Below, one piece after another: positions 1-12,803 of a stretch of DNA of 64,000 nt. This stretch comes from the human T2T-CHM13v2.0 reference genome, Homo sapiens: the NCBI RefSeq assembly GCF_009914755.1, contig NC_060942.1. One strand, 5' to 3'. Position 1 is the first letter of the stretch. Every line of letters starts with the position of its first letter. Under the pieces are notes generated by a model. That model saw only the letters and a list, made by a program, of their open reading frames with translations. It did not search any database and was not told the origin of the DNA. The translations under genes and the position numbers were made by a program.

Positions 1-61
1 AAGACTAGAAGATTAAAAGAAAATACAAATAATTAAGAGACTGTTATAAGAAAGAGAAAAA

Positions 62-360
62 AGCTGGGCATAGTGGCTCACACCTGTAATCCCAGCACTT
101 TGGGAGGCCGGGTGGGTGGATCACAAAATCAGGAGTTCAAGACCAGCCTGGCCAAGATGGTGAAACCCCGTCTCTACTAAAAATACAAAAATTAGCCGGG
201 CGTGGTGGCAGGCACCTGTAATCCCAGCTACTCGGGAGACTGACGCAGAGAATTGCTTGAACCTGGGAGGCAGAGGTTGCAGTGAGCTGAGATCGAGCCA
301 ATGCACTCCAACCTGGGCAACAGAGTGAGATTCTGCCTCAAGAAAAGAAAGAGAAAAAAG
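62..360 (+). mobile_element. Alu (AluS-type), full length
   Basis: GCTGGGCATAGTGGCTCACACCTGTAATCCCAGCAC start, A-rich linker, right arm and A-rich tail. Confidence 0.95.
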
Positions 361-546
361 AGAGGTGACTCTAAAGGACAGAATTAAGACGACTTGTTAG
401 GAACGGTGAACACATCTATTTTGCTGCATATAAGAAACGGCTTTCGAGTAAGTAGAGCTACACAAAAATGGAAGGGTCTATTTCACAAAGAAATAACTTA
501 CTGTTTTCTGCAACTTCAAAGCCTAGTGTAGTTCTTGACTCATGGT

Positions 547-665
547 AGAAGAAGGGAGGGAGGGGAAGAAGGGAGGAAGGGGAAGAAGGAAGACGGGAAG
601 GAAGGAGGGAAGGGAGAATGGAGGGTAGAAGGAGGGAAGAAAGTGGGAGGGGAGAAGGGAGGAAG
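547..665. repeat. GA-rich purine low-complexity tract
   Basis: Almost pure A/G (GGAA/GGGA units). Confidence 0.9.
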
Positions 666-984
666 TTGCCCTCTCAACTCACAGCTAGAGCCAGCCCCTT
701 TTCCCTAAATAGATCAGGATTTCTTATTAAAACCACATCACCTGCCCTTTCCCAGAAAGTTTCCTCAATCACCACCTGGTCCAAATTTGCTTTAAACGGA
801 CTCTTTCACAGTGAAATTCCACTTCGAACTTAACCTAACTCTGAAAGGCAGGGCATGACAAAAGTGTTCATTTTCCTAACTGGAAAAAAAAAAAATCTTG
901 AAATTTCTCACATATATTTTTATTCTTTTCTATTATAAATGTTAGACATAGTGCAGTTTCAGCATCTGCCAGCAAAATATATAC

Positions 985-986
<2 letters not shown>

Positions 987-1017
<31 letters not shown>
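987..1017. repeat. (AT)n microsatellite
   Basis: Uninterrupted AT dinucleotide run. Confidence 0.95.
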
Positions 1018-1021
<4 letters not shown>

Positions 1022-1615
1022 ATTGTGGAATAAAATTTCGTCAAAATAAGGGAAGATGGGTGAAGGACACATAACAATTTTTAATAGAACCATATTTTCT
1101 TAAACCTTAAATTCCAGTATTCAATATATCTTTGTTGAGTAAAATTTGTTTGTTCATGCTTAGAGATTTCATATAGTCCAGTCCTGAGTCTAATCAGAAA
1201 TTCCTGTTACATTTAAAAGAGTTTCATAGCATCGACTTGTTTTTTAAAATTTTAACGACAAAAAAAAAAAAAAAAGCACGAAATGGCCATTCTGTAACAG
1301 TCACTTAATTCACCTTGGTAATATGCCTTAACTATGCATCATCCCTTTTGGTTGACTCTGATGGACCTGATTTCTGACATATCCTTTAGGATGATCTAAA
1401 GAACAACCTGAGAGTTGTAATCAGGAAATCTGGGTATTAGTCCCAGATCCACTACTTCGTAAACGTGTGGCCTTGGGCAATTCCCATAGCTCTTCTGGGC
1501 CCCAATTTTCTCAGATGTAAAAGGAGATAAAATTATTACTCCATTTTACCTGTCTGCCTTATTGCAAAATTATCTGACATATCCTATATGACAGGCTTTA
1601 GTAATCTGTGAAGAG

Positions 1616-1920
1616 TTTTTTTTTTTTTTTTGAGATGGAGTTTCACTCTTGTAATCCAGGCTGGAGTGCAGTGGCACAATCTCAGCTCACTGTAACCTCT
1701 GCCTGCCTCCTGGGTTCACGCCATTCTCCTGCCTCAGCCTTCCATGTAGTTGGGATTACAGGTGCCCACCACCACACCTGGCTAATTTTTTGTATTTTTA
1801 GTAGAGATGGGGTTTTGCCACGTTGGCCAGGTTGGTCTTGAACTCCTGGCCTCAGGTGATCTGCCTGCCTCAGCCTCCCAAAGTGCTGGGATTACAGGCA
1901 TGAGCCACCGCACCCTGCCT
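1616..1920 (-). mobile_element. Alu (AluS-type), full length
   Basis: poly-T then GAGATGGAGTTTCACTCTTG...GGATTACAGGCATGAGCCACCGCACC. Confidence 0.95.
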
Positions 1921-2394
1921 GCAAAGACTTTTAAATAGCATAGACATCCTTGTCCTTCACAAGTTTATGAGCAAACAAAAATATCCTTATCTCATTCTCA
2001 AGGAGCAATATTGGATTGGGTTCCTTCTCAAATTCACAAGATCTCTATAGACAAAACCATTGCTGTGCCTGGAGAGTGGCTAGGATCATCACAGAGAGAC
2101 GGCGATGCGACTGAGCTCCATTGATGGATATTTTGTTTTCTTGTGGAACTAAAGCAATAACAAAACCCGATTTACAATAACGTATTTCCTAAACTTCTGC
2201 TTTCTATATTTTTTGTCACTATGTATAGTTCAAAGCATAATTGAAGCCTATGTGGACTTTGTACACCCTGGAAATCTGAGAAGGACCTTGAATTAAAAGG
2301 CTACTTTTATTATACCTTATGTCTACTTTTATGATTATTTCATAATGGCGTAACGCATGGGGCTCATACCACTCTGAATTCTTATCAGAGTCCT

Positions 2395-2849
2395 ACCACC
2401 AAAGATACTCACAGCCTAATCCCCAGAACCTTATGCATTCCATATGTGACCCTACATAGCAAATGGGAGTATGCAGGTATGGTTATGTTAAGGATCTTGA
2501 CATAGGGATATTATCCAGAATCAGCTGAGTAATCATTGGGATCCTTATAAGAGGGAGACAGACGAGTCACAGGTGTAAAGGAAATGTTGATGCTAGAAGT
2601 GGTGGTCAGAGCGATGCAGGGTCATGAGTCAAGGAATGTGGACAGCCAAAAAGGCAAAGACACAGATTTTCCCTAGAGCCTCCAGAAGAAACAGCCAGCC
2701 CTGCTGACACCTTGATTTTAGCACACAGCGCCTGATTTTTGACTCCTGGCCTTCATAATTTAAATGAATGAATGAATGAATGAATTCATGTTGTTTTAAG
2801 CTGCTAAGTGTGTAGTAATTTGTTAAAACAGTAACTAGAAACTAATACA
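2395..2849 (+). mobile_element. MaLR solo LTR (MLT1D-like)
   Basis: CCTAATCCCCAGAACC, CCCTAGAGCCTCCAGAAG, CTGACACCTTGATTTTAG, 3' end GAAACTAATACA. Confidence 0.8.
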
Positions 2850-3241
2850 CTAGATCTATAAAAATATCTCTCTAAAATAAAATAATTGTCACAAACATCT
2901 ACACATCTAACATCAGTTCTGACATTCTATAGATAGTCTTACTCTTGGGAAAATCTAGTTTCTCGTATGGCAGTATAGTTAGATTTTATACAGATAATTA
3001 GGGCTCTGTTGCTTCTAGAAATGAGCTTGTTTCTCTGTTGTAAGTTGTTTGTATTTTGGTTTTAGTTCTTGTATTTATTTGCCTGAAGGAAAAAAAATGG
3101 TATGTGTATTTTTTTTCTGGAACAAAATAGGGATAAAAATAAATGAATAGATGCAATGAAAGGAGTACTGGCTGCAAATGGAGAGACTTGGTCTCTAGTC
3201 CTGCCTTTGCTAGTGGGTAGGCCACTTCACCTCTCTGTCTC

Positions 3242-3247
<6 letters not shown>

Positions 3248-3283
<36 letters not shown>
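3248..3283. repeat. (GT)n microsatellite
   Basis: GT dinucleotide run. Confidence 0.95.
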
Positions 3284-3286
<3 letters not shown>

Positions 3287-4224
3287 CCTGGTGCTACCAT
3301 AACAAATTACCACAAACTGAGTGGCTTCAAACAACAGAAATTATCTCACAGTTCAGGAAGCCAGAAGTACAGGATTAAGGCGTCAGTAGCATTAGTTCCT
3401 TCTGGAACCTCAGAAGGGGAATTTATGCTTCCTCTTAGCTTCTGCTGGTTGCAGCAGTCCAGTTTGCAGCATTCTTCTGCTTGTAAGTGCATCACTCCAA
3501 TCCTTGACTGTCATCACATGGGACCTCTTCCCCGATTGTCTTTTCTGTGTCTCTGTTTTCTCTTCTTATAAAGACACTAAGCATTGGATTTAGGGCCCGC
3601 CTTAATCCAATATGACCCCTCTATCAGTCACGACTCTCCAGAGGAATAGATCCATTAGGATGTATATATCTACATGCAGAAAGAGGTTTAAGGAATTGGC
3701 TCACTTGATTATGAGGGCTGACAAATCCCGAGATGTGCAGTGGGCAAGTCGAAGAACCAGGAGAGGTGATAATGTAGTTCTAGTCCAAAGGCCAAGAGGC
3801 TCCAGAGCCAGGAAAAGCCAATGTTTCAGTTTGAGTCCAAAGAAAGGGAAAAACCAGTGCTTCACCTGGAAGGCAGTCAGGCAAGAGGAACTCACCCTTT
3901 TTCCAGGGATGGTCAGCCTTTTTGTTCTAGTTCAGCCTTCAACTGAATAGATGAGGCCCATTCACATCAGGCAGGGCAATTTGCTGTACTCAGTCTATTC
4001 ATTTAAATGTTAAGCTCATCCAAAAACATCCTCACAGAAATACCCAGAATAATGTTCGACCAAATATCTGGGCACCCTGAAGCCCAAGGAAGTTGACACA
4101 TAAAATTAATTATTACAACCTTATCTTAATTTTATTGCAAGGATCCTACTTCCAAATAAGGTCACATCTGAGATTCCAGGTAAACATGAATTTTGGAGGG
4201 TGGGGCACTCTTCCACCCTCTATA
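3284..4224 (-). mobile_element. MaLR LTR (MLT1B/C-like) split by an MLT2 insertion
   Basis: CATAACAAATTACCACAAACTG...GGATTTAGGGCCC...TAATCCAATATGACC resumes at 4118 as ACCTTATCTTAA...TTCCAAATAAGGTCACAT. Confidence 0.8.
3620..4117 (-). mobile_element. ERVL solo LTR (MLT2-like)
   Basis: AAGGAATTGGCTCAC...GATGAGGCCCA...GTTGACACATAAAATTAA..ACA; degenerate TSD ACCCC/ACCTT. Confidence 0.85.
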
Positions 4225-4635
4225 TCCTCTCCATTGCCTTTTCTGTGAAATGAGGGCCTGGACCTGCGGGATGGGAGCAGGTCCTCTATAGCAAGGGGTT
4301 TCGGGTGCTGATAAGATTGAGAAATGCTGCTTTGAACAAAATCGGCCTGATTTCTTTATCACTGGCCCTTGCTGAGACTTTATTTCATAAAGAAGTACTG
4401 CGAATCTTCAAGAGGAAGATACTGCTCTGTTTTTTCAGGGCTTATTTGATTATAGAAACCCCTGTCTGGTTTTTTTTGGCATGCCTAGGAACACCTCTCA
4501 ATACAGGGTTCCCTGGAACCCCGTTTCAGAAACACTGGACTAGATCAGTGATCTCCAAGTTCTCAATTTCCAATAATCTGTGGTTCTATAGATCATTAGT
4601 TCTCCAACTTCCTTTTAAAAAATAAAGTACTCTTA

Positions 4636-5004
<369 letters not shown>

Positions 5005-6644
5005 TTACTTAAATATGAATATACATAAACTACCTATAAATCCCTTATGCTTCTGACTCTTATAGAACTATAAAAACCAAACAAATGTGCAAACGAATTC
5101 AAAGAAAACCAATAAAATTAAAATTAACAACATTAATTTAATGTGATATCATTTTGTTGGAATTATATCATTGCTCACAATGTGCATACTGTATGCTCTG
5201 TTCCAATGCAGTTCAACAAATTTATTACAATGTGCCACAGGTGACTCGATCCTCACACCGTTTTTTTTCTCTATTCAAATTCCAGGAAGGCTTTATTTGC
5301 ACAGCTCTTAGGGATGCCGTTTGCCTTCTTATGGTGGGAGCACACAATTTATATATTTTTTATACCTCTGTATTTTTTTTTCTTATTACTGGTAAGCATT
5401 AGATAGTTCTTTGTATTACTGCAATAATAAACACAAATAGAAAGAAAGCTATGAATATTGCGAGTAGGTAATTAAGTAGCCATCCAAACATCCAAAATAT
5501 CCAGAATGTCTTTGCTTTAGATTCACATGATCATTAGACTAAAATAAGACACTTTAAAACAAGTATAAAAATAAGAGATAGTTGGCAAATCTCTTTAACC
5601 TTTAATTTTTTAGAGCCCATTTTAAAAGTGCCAACTACAGATGCTTGTAGTTCTCCCACATGAACTTGAAATTCCTCTACAGAGTCTAGCTCATTTCTTT
5701 TCTTCCATTCTCTTCCCAGGAACCAAGGAGTTAATAATACTCATGAAGATGATGCTCCACCATGGGTCCTAACCACTTGTCTCTATTTGGGAAATCACGG
5801 CCATGAATGTTTCCTTCATAAGACTCTATGTAGAAATTTGTGTAGTGTACTGTGGCTTCTGCAGACTCCCAGTTCAACCTCCAGTAAGAAAGGGACAAGT
5901 CTAACAATCTCTCTAAAATGACTCTCTTAGATTGCCCATAAAAAAATGTCATTAATTCGGACTTAACTGGGCTATGAAGAGGCCAGTAGGAATTAGAGAA
6001 GTCCTTTCTCTTCACTGTCTAGTAAACATAACAATTCAAACCAGCTTAACGAAGTGTGAAGAAGCAGAGATCCTTTAATGGCCTGCTTTAATGAACAGGT
6101 AAGAACATTTTAAAAATAGCACAATGATTGTTTTCTTGCAAATTTGATTCTCTACTATTCTATTAAGCACTTTAATTATCTGCAATCTTGTTTACCCCAG
6201 TAATTTGCTAAGAAAACCTTTTCCTTCCTAGCAAGAGTAGAAGCAACATTTAGCTCAGGCTGGTCCAAATAAGCAAGAGTTTCAAATTAGTAGCATCTGA
6301 TTTAATTAGATTTTACTAACAGCCAAGTCAGGAAAATGCATTAACCCACTTAGCCCACTAGGGGTTCCCTTTGTGTTCTGAAGTTAATCGCTGCCATTTA
6401 CTTCCTTGCCTGTTGCGGCCTTCCTGGCTGCTTTCTCATTTACAATAGGGTGGGCAACTTTTTGACAAACCTCACTCAACCTCACCAGCATTCCCAGCTC
6501 AGCAGATGGTGGATGAATGGTGATTTGGCTGTCAGTCTGCATGATGACATTAGAAGGTCACCAAAACGCCACCCGGACCAAAATCATTATACCTTTTTGT
6601 TTGTGCAGCAAGTCCGGAAGGAGCTATCGCATAGACATACTCAC

Positions 6645-6720
6645 CATTAACACTACTTCTTGAGGACTTTTCGAGTTAGCTCACTTTTTACATCCTCACA
6701 GTATCACTTTTTCTCTGTTA
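6645..6720 (-). other. Candidate exon (possibly a first exon) ending ATG|GTGAGT
   Basis: Minus-strand donor ATG|gtgagt (intron starts 6644) in unique DNA with nearby CpGs; no good polypyrimidine tract upstream; 5' boundary unknown. Confidence 0.4.
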
Positions 6721-7703
6721 GTCACACATTCCATGTACATTAGCATGTAGTGCTTGTTTCTATTAACTTAAATTTCTGAGAGGTATGCTGCATCTTTACC
6801 ACGACGTGGCTTGGAGGACAGAAGTTCCTTTTTCTTGCATTTTTGTTCAGACCTCCCTCCTAAGCCTGTGGCACAATGATAAACCTGGGATCATAGAGTT
6901 GCTACCTTAGGATAGAGTAATTGTGAGGTAATACTTTTTAAGTGTTTTAAACAGTATCTAACTAAGAGTTAAGTGCCCAAGGGATGTTAGGGAATAAATA
7001 AGTGTAGATACTTCAGTCATTAACTTCTATTATCAGGACCTACGCTTTCTGATTATTCACTCACTCCACAAGCATGATTTGTCCTCCTACGTGGTGCCAG
7101 CCACTGTGCTACACAGGAGATGACGTAACAATGAAGACAAACGTCTCTCCTCTCAAGTGGCTTTCGGTTGGCAAAGTAGCTATAATAAAGTGAACTCATT
7201 CAGTTCCCTACTCCCAATCTCAAAGAAATCGTTACAAAAAGGGGGTGGGCATTAATCAATACGATTTGTAATATTATCCTGGAGAAAATTAGCACAGTTG
7301 GGAAAATTTATATTTAGGAGAAATTATTTCAACCAATCACCAGGAAGGCTTTTTTTTTCCTGAATATAATATTAATAATCTGTACTAGGCCTAAAATAAT
7401 GTTTATTTTATTCTCCTCTGGTTCTAAAAATACACAATGGCCTGAAAGCCAAAATCTAACTTGTAATTTTCACAGCTGAATCATATTCATTTCCTTCCAA
7501 ATCGGATACTCCTGGGCACTGCCACCAAAACTCAACAGCAGCCCAACTCGAAGCCCAAAAGCTCCCCTGGGGAGGGGCTGGGGTGGTTGCATTCCATTTA
7601 TAGCAAGATGAAAAAGAACATCTCTAAAGTAGAGGATATTCAATCAATAGACAGAAAGATGGGGTAGAAGACCTTCAAAGCTCTTTCCAATCCCAGATCC
7701 CAT

Positions 7704-9190
7704 TGAGAGGTGACAGCGTGCTGGCAGTCCTCAGAGCCCTCGCTTGCTCTTGGCACCTCCTCTGCCTGGGCTCCCACTTTGGCGGCATTTGAGGAGCCCT
7801 TCAGCCCACCACTGCACTGTGGGAGCCCCTTTCTAGGCTGGCGAAGGCTGGAGCCCACTCCCTCAGCTTGCAGGGAGGTGTGGAGGGAGAGGCGCGAGCG
7901 GGAACCGGGGCTGCGTGCAGCGCTTGCGGGCCAGCTGGAGTTCCGGGTGGGCGTGGGCTTGGCGGGCCCCGCACTCGGAGCAGCCGGCCAGCCCTGCCGA
8001 CCCCGGGCAACGACGGACTTAGCACCCGGGCCAGTGGCTGCGGAGGGTGTACTGGGTCCCCCAGCAGTGCCAGCCCACCGGCGCTGCGCTCGATTTCTCA
8101 CGGAGCCTTAGCCGCCTTCCCGCGGGGCAGGGCTCGGGACCTGCAGCCTGCCATGCCTAAGCCTCCCACCCACTCCATGGGCTCCTGTGCTGCCCGAGCC
8201 TCCCCGACAAGCACCACCCCCTGCTCCACGGCGCCCAGTCCCATTGATCACCCAAGGGCTGAGGAATGCGAGCTCACTGCGCAGGACTGGCAGGCAGCTC
8301 CACCTGCAGCCCCGTGTGGGATCCACTAGGTGAAGCCAGCTGGGCTCCTGAGTCTGGTGGGGACGTGGAGAGTCTTTATGTCTAGCTCAGGGATTGTAAA
8401 TACACCAATCAGCACCCTGTGTTTAGCTCAAGGTTTGTGAGTGCACCAATGGACACTCTGTATCTAGCTGCTCTGGTGGGGCCTTGGAGAACCTTTATGT
8501 CTAGCTCAGGGATTGTAAACACACCAATCGGCACTCTGTATCTAGCTCAAGGTTTGTAAACACACCAATCAGCACCCAGTGTTTAGCTCAAGGTTTGTAA
8601 ACACACCAATCAGCACCCAGTGTTTAGCTCAAGGTTTGTGAATGCACTAACCGACACTCTGTATCTAGCTGCTCTGGTGGGGCCTTGGAGAACCTGTGTG
8701 TCCAAACTCTGTATCTAACTAATCTGATGGGGACATGGAGAACCTTTGTATCTAGCTCAGGGATTGTAAACGCACCAATCAGCGCCCTGTCAAAACAGGC
8801 CACTCGGCTCTACCAATCAGCAGGATGTGTGTGGGGCCAGATAAGACAATAAAAGCAGGCTGCCCGAGCCAGCATTGGCAACCCGCTCGGGTCCCCTTCC
8901 ACACTGTGGAAGCTTTGTTCTTTCACTCTTTGCAATAAATCTTGCTACTGCTCACTCTTTGGGTCCACGCTGCTTTTATGAGCTGTAACACTCACCGCGA
9001 AGATCTGCAGCTTCACTCCTGAGCCAGCGAGACCAGGAACCCACAAGAAGGAAGAAACTCCGAACACATCTGAACATCAGAAGGGACAGACTCCAGACGC
9101 GCCACCTTAAGAGCTGTAACACTCACCGCGAGGGTCCGCGGCTTCATTCTTGAAGTCAGTGAGACCAAGAACCCACCAATTCCGGACACA
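7704..9190 (+). mobile_element. Solo LTR12C (ERV9/HERV-9 LTR), intact
   Basis: TGAGAGGTGACAGCGTGCTGGC start, CCAATTCCGGACACA end, 4-bp TSD CCAT (7700-7703/9191-9194), CpG-rich U3, CCAAT tandem repeats. Confidence 0.97.
8375..8939 (+). promoter_or_regulatory. LTR12 U3 enhancer/promoter: CCAAT (NF-Y) repeat array, AATAAA TATA-substitute (8848) and polyA-type AATAAA (8934)
   Basis: Seven CCAAT boxes at 8405, 8446, 8524, 8565, 8606, 8775, 8813 in ~41-bp subunits; roles assigned from published ERV9 LTR architecture. Confidence 0.8.
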
Positions 9191-11708
9191 CCATTATGCT
9201 GGGAGACTTAATGAGTGGCTCATGAAATGTGATAAACATCCTGGGCAGAATATGAGTGGAAGCCAGGTGTTCTAATCTCCAGCTGATGAGTTTGCAAAGC
9301 AGATTGTGGTGGGCCTGGTCTACAGCTCAAGGAATAAAATAGTGCTATCTTTTCATTAAGGAAAATAGCTTATAGGACAAAGAAATAGCAGGTTAGCAAA
9401 CCATTTTATGTGAACCCACAAAGCATTCTCTAAGCCCCAGTTTGTGAGAGGCAGATAGATATACACAAAGGTTGTAGAGGCAGTCACAGCTGGAGAGCTA
9501 ATAAGTTTTTGAGAGATGATTTGGCCCTTAGATGACACCACTCCCTTCTCATTAGGGGGCACTTGAGAGGGAGAGGCAGCAACAGCCTTCCCTGACCTTC
9601 CCTGCAGGCCCTGAGCAGAAGTTGAATAAAGGCCTGGAGTAATTTTAGAGCTGATGGGATGATGGCCTTTTTGTGGCTAGAATGTTCACTCTAGGAAATT
9701 TTGAAAATAAGACACAGTGGCATGGTAATCTAAGAGTCTATTTATAAACAAGGATTCTAAATTTTGATGAACCAAAGAATAGGCATAAATTCAAAATACA
9801 TACTTGTCACCATTAAGAACATTCTTCTCCAAAAGAACAGAATTTCTCAAGCCAATCTCTGACTGGGACAGGAACCAAGAAATATACTGCTTAGGGTTGT
9901 GGATTTTAAAGATTCATGAACTCTCCTAGGGAAATCTATATTAAAAATTAAGAGCATGGAACTTGGAGTCAAAACTGAGTTAGATTCTAGTCTTATTCTA
10001 TATTAGCTACACAACCTTATGTTATTTAATCTCTTTGAGGCCTCATTTTCTCATTTTTATAATGAAATATCATGACCTTGGATAGTTCAGTAGAAGTTTT
10101 GGGGTTACAACCAAAGAGTCGGAAATTTTAAATGCGAGGGGTCCCTGGGTTTGTTCCTCTACTCTCCATCTTCATGAGACCAGAAGACTAGGGTGTCAAA
10201 AAAAACTGTACCCCAAGCTCAGCTAAGAAGCTGGGCAGGCAGAGAAAGGAGCACAGTCCAACTCTCAGAGTTGAAAAGAAGGTTCAACTTCTGAAAGATC
10301 TTTGATAACTTAATCGCTGGAAACATATGAGTGAGTTCTTTTTCCTCATTTATTTGCTCATTTATTATCCCTTGCAAGTCCAAGGGCTATACTGGCCATT
10401 ATAAGGCAGACCCACTTTTCTGCTTCAAGCTAGGACACTTTGCTCCAATGTGGGGAACTCTCTTGGACCACAAATAGGAGGAAAATTTAAGTCATCTGAA
10501 TTCTGAATTATTCAGAACCATAAAGCTGAACTTGCCATCCAAGCCACCAGAGGAATAAATTTTTCAGTATGCCTCAGCTTTGTGAATTTGTACATTTGAG
10601 AAGTTTTGTGAGTTTGTGAGTTTGTCCTCATTTTCTTCATTCATACCAAACTTTACAGAGATTAGCATATTTTTAGTGACACTAAAGACAAGATTCATCC
10701 CATTCATTGAATCTCTTTTTGAATCAAATGTATAATGAGCCTATGCTTATAATTATCAATCCCAGTGAACCCCACTTCATTTCTCTGTGACTGTCCCAAG
10801 ACACACCTTCAGCCCTGGATTCTCCATTGTGCCAGTGTCATTTTTTCAACTGTGTATTAGGCATTTGAGGATAAACTGCTGCCCGCTAAAGCTAATATAT
10901 TTAACATTAAATTTATATTTTCTCCAAAGCACTTCATTTTATTAAATAGCCACTAAATGAATACTTGTTGGCTAAACCCGTAAAACTCTTCTGTTCATCT
11001 TGATATTAACATCCATTGCTCCATTATTCCCTCCGTTTACAAGCCTTGAACACATTCCTGTCTTTGACTCCGCCCTTTCCATGAACCCTCAAGTTCAATT
11101 AATCACCAGTTTGTTCAAATATTTCTTTGACACACATTCACCCTTGTCAATGCCCAGATTCAAGGATCTTACTATTTTATAACCTTTATTAAATTCTTTA
11201 TTCTCACTTTCTCCCTCATTCTAATCTATCTTTTTAATTAATCGATAGTTACCAACCATGGCTTTGACTCAGGACTTAGCATTTCTTCAGTAGTGAAATG
11301 TGCCAGGCAGTGTTTTAAGATCCTAAAGCTGTAGGTTTTAATCTGTGTTGCAAAGATCCATGGGAGTCCCATAGAGGGAGGAAGCTAAGGGGAACTTCAA
11401 GGCTCTTTTGTCTCCTCTTCCACCAGAGATGATCGTTCGTTTCCTCTATTTTACATATAGGAATCTACATAAATTGCTTTCAAATTGTCTTTCTTGGCAA
11501 AAACGAGTTTGAGAATCATTGGTACATGTGTAAAAGGCAAACCTCCTTAGCCTGCTATTTACAACTTTCCCAATCTAGCCCCACACATCTTTACAAATTA
11601 GTTCATTTTATGTCTCTTCATGTTGAGTTTTCTCAATGGTTTTTTCCAATAGATCTTAGGTGCTCTCACCCTCCCTACTCATTGTCTCCTACCTAAATGC
11701 TGCCCATC

Positions 11709-12082
11709 TGTGGTAGTCAATGGTTCTATTATTCATCAAATATGTCTGCTTCTCTATTCTTCTGGTACAAGAGAGGATTACATTTCCTAGGATCTTGTGT
11801 ATAGTTCTGGCCAGTGACTTTTGAGTGAAAGTGGTTTGTATCCCTTACAGAGAAGAAAATTAATTGTCAGTTGCAGACCCTCCGATGGTCTATCTTTCTC
11901 TCTGGTGCTTCATATCTACACTCCAGATAATGGTCACACTATTAGACTCAGTCTAGACTGAGCCTGAGACTGAGCAGAGACTTCAAGTAGATAGAGTGAG
12001 TAAGAGCCAAACATCTGTGCTTAAAAGTCACTAAGATTTTGAGATTTTGTTGTGTTACTGTAATCTTTCCTAAGCAATACAC
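11709..12082 (+). mobile_element. Old MaLR LTR (MLT1J/I-like)
   Basis: TGTGGTAG start, TTCTGGCCAGTGA...GAAAGTG, AAGTCACTAAGATTTTG...GTTACTG...AATACA end. Confidence 0.65.
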
Positions 12083-12499
12083 AATCCTTCTTTAAGAATG
12101 GGCTAAAATTCTTCTCAAGGCAACTCTTTAAAAAAAAAATCATTTTATTATGTACACCAAACCTGCTACCACCAAGGAAAAATATCTCTCATGAATCATA
12201 TCTGTGGCATATCAAGTAGTCATTCTATAGAATGCCAAAACACTTATTACTTATGCTCATGGCATTTAAATCAATAGTCTGTCCCATATTGTTAAGTAAT
12301 AGATGTATGTGCATACCTGTTTTTCATATAAACCACAAACTTCACCTTGATTATTCCCTACTGTGTATCAGAGTGGAGGGAGTATAACACTGTGTGCTTC
12401 TCTCCCAGTCCCACCTTGGAGCAAATATATTTATTAATATTCCACATGAAATTTAGTTAAATTACTATCAGAAGGTTGTCAAACGAAAGATTACCTCAT

Positions 12500-12803
<304 letters not shown>

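Noticed and set aside
5720-6098. 94-aa minus ORF, and plus-strand acceptor (5719) and donors (5883, 6098)
   Set aside because: No recognisable protein family; isolated splice-like motifs are common and nothing else supports them.
7640-8329. Overlapping 133-153 aa ORFs on both strands
   Set aside because: They lie in the GC-rich LTR12C U3, where stop codons are rare; not genes.
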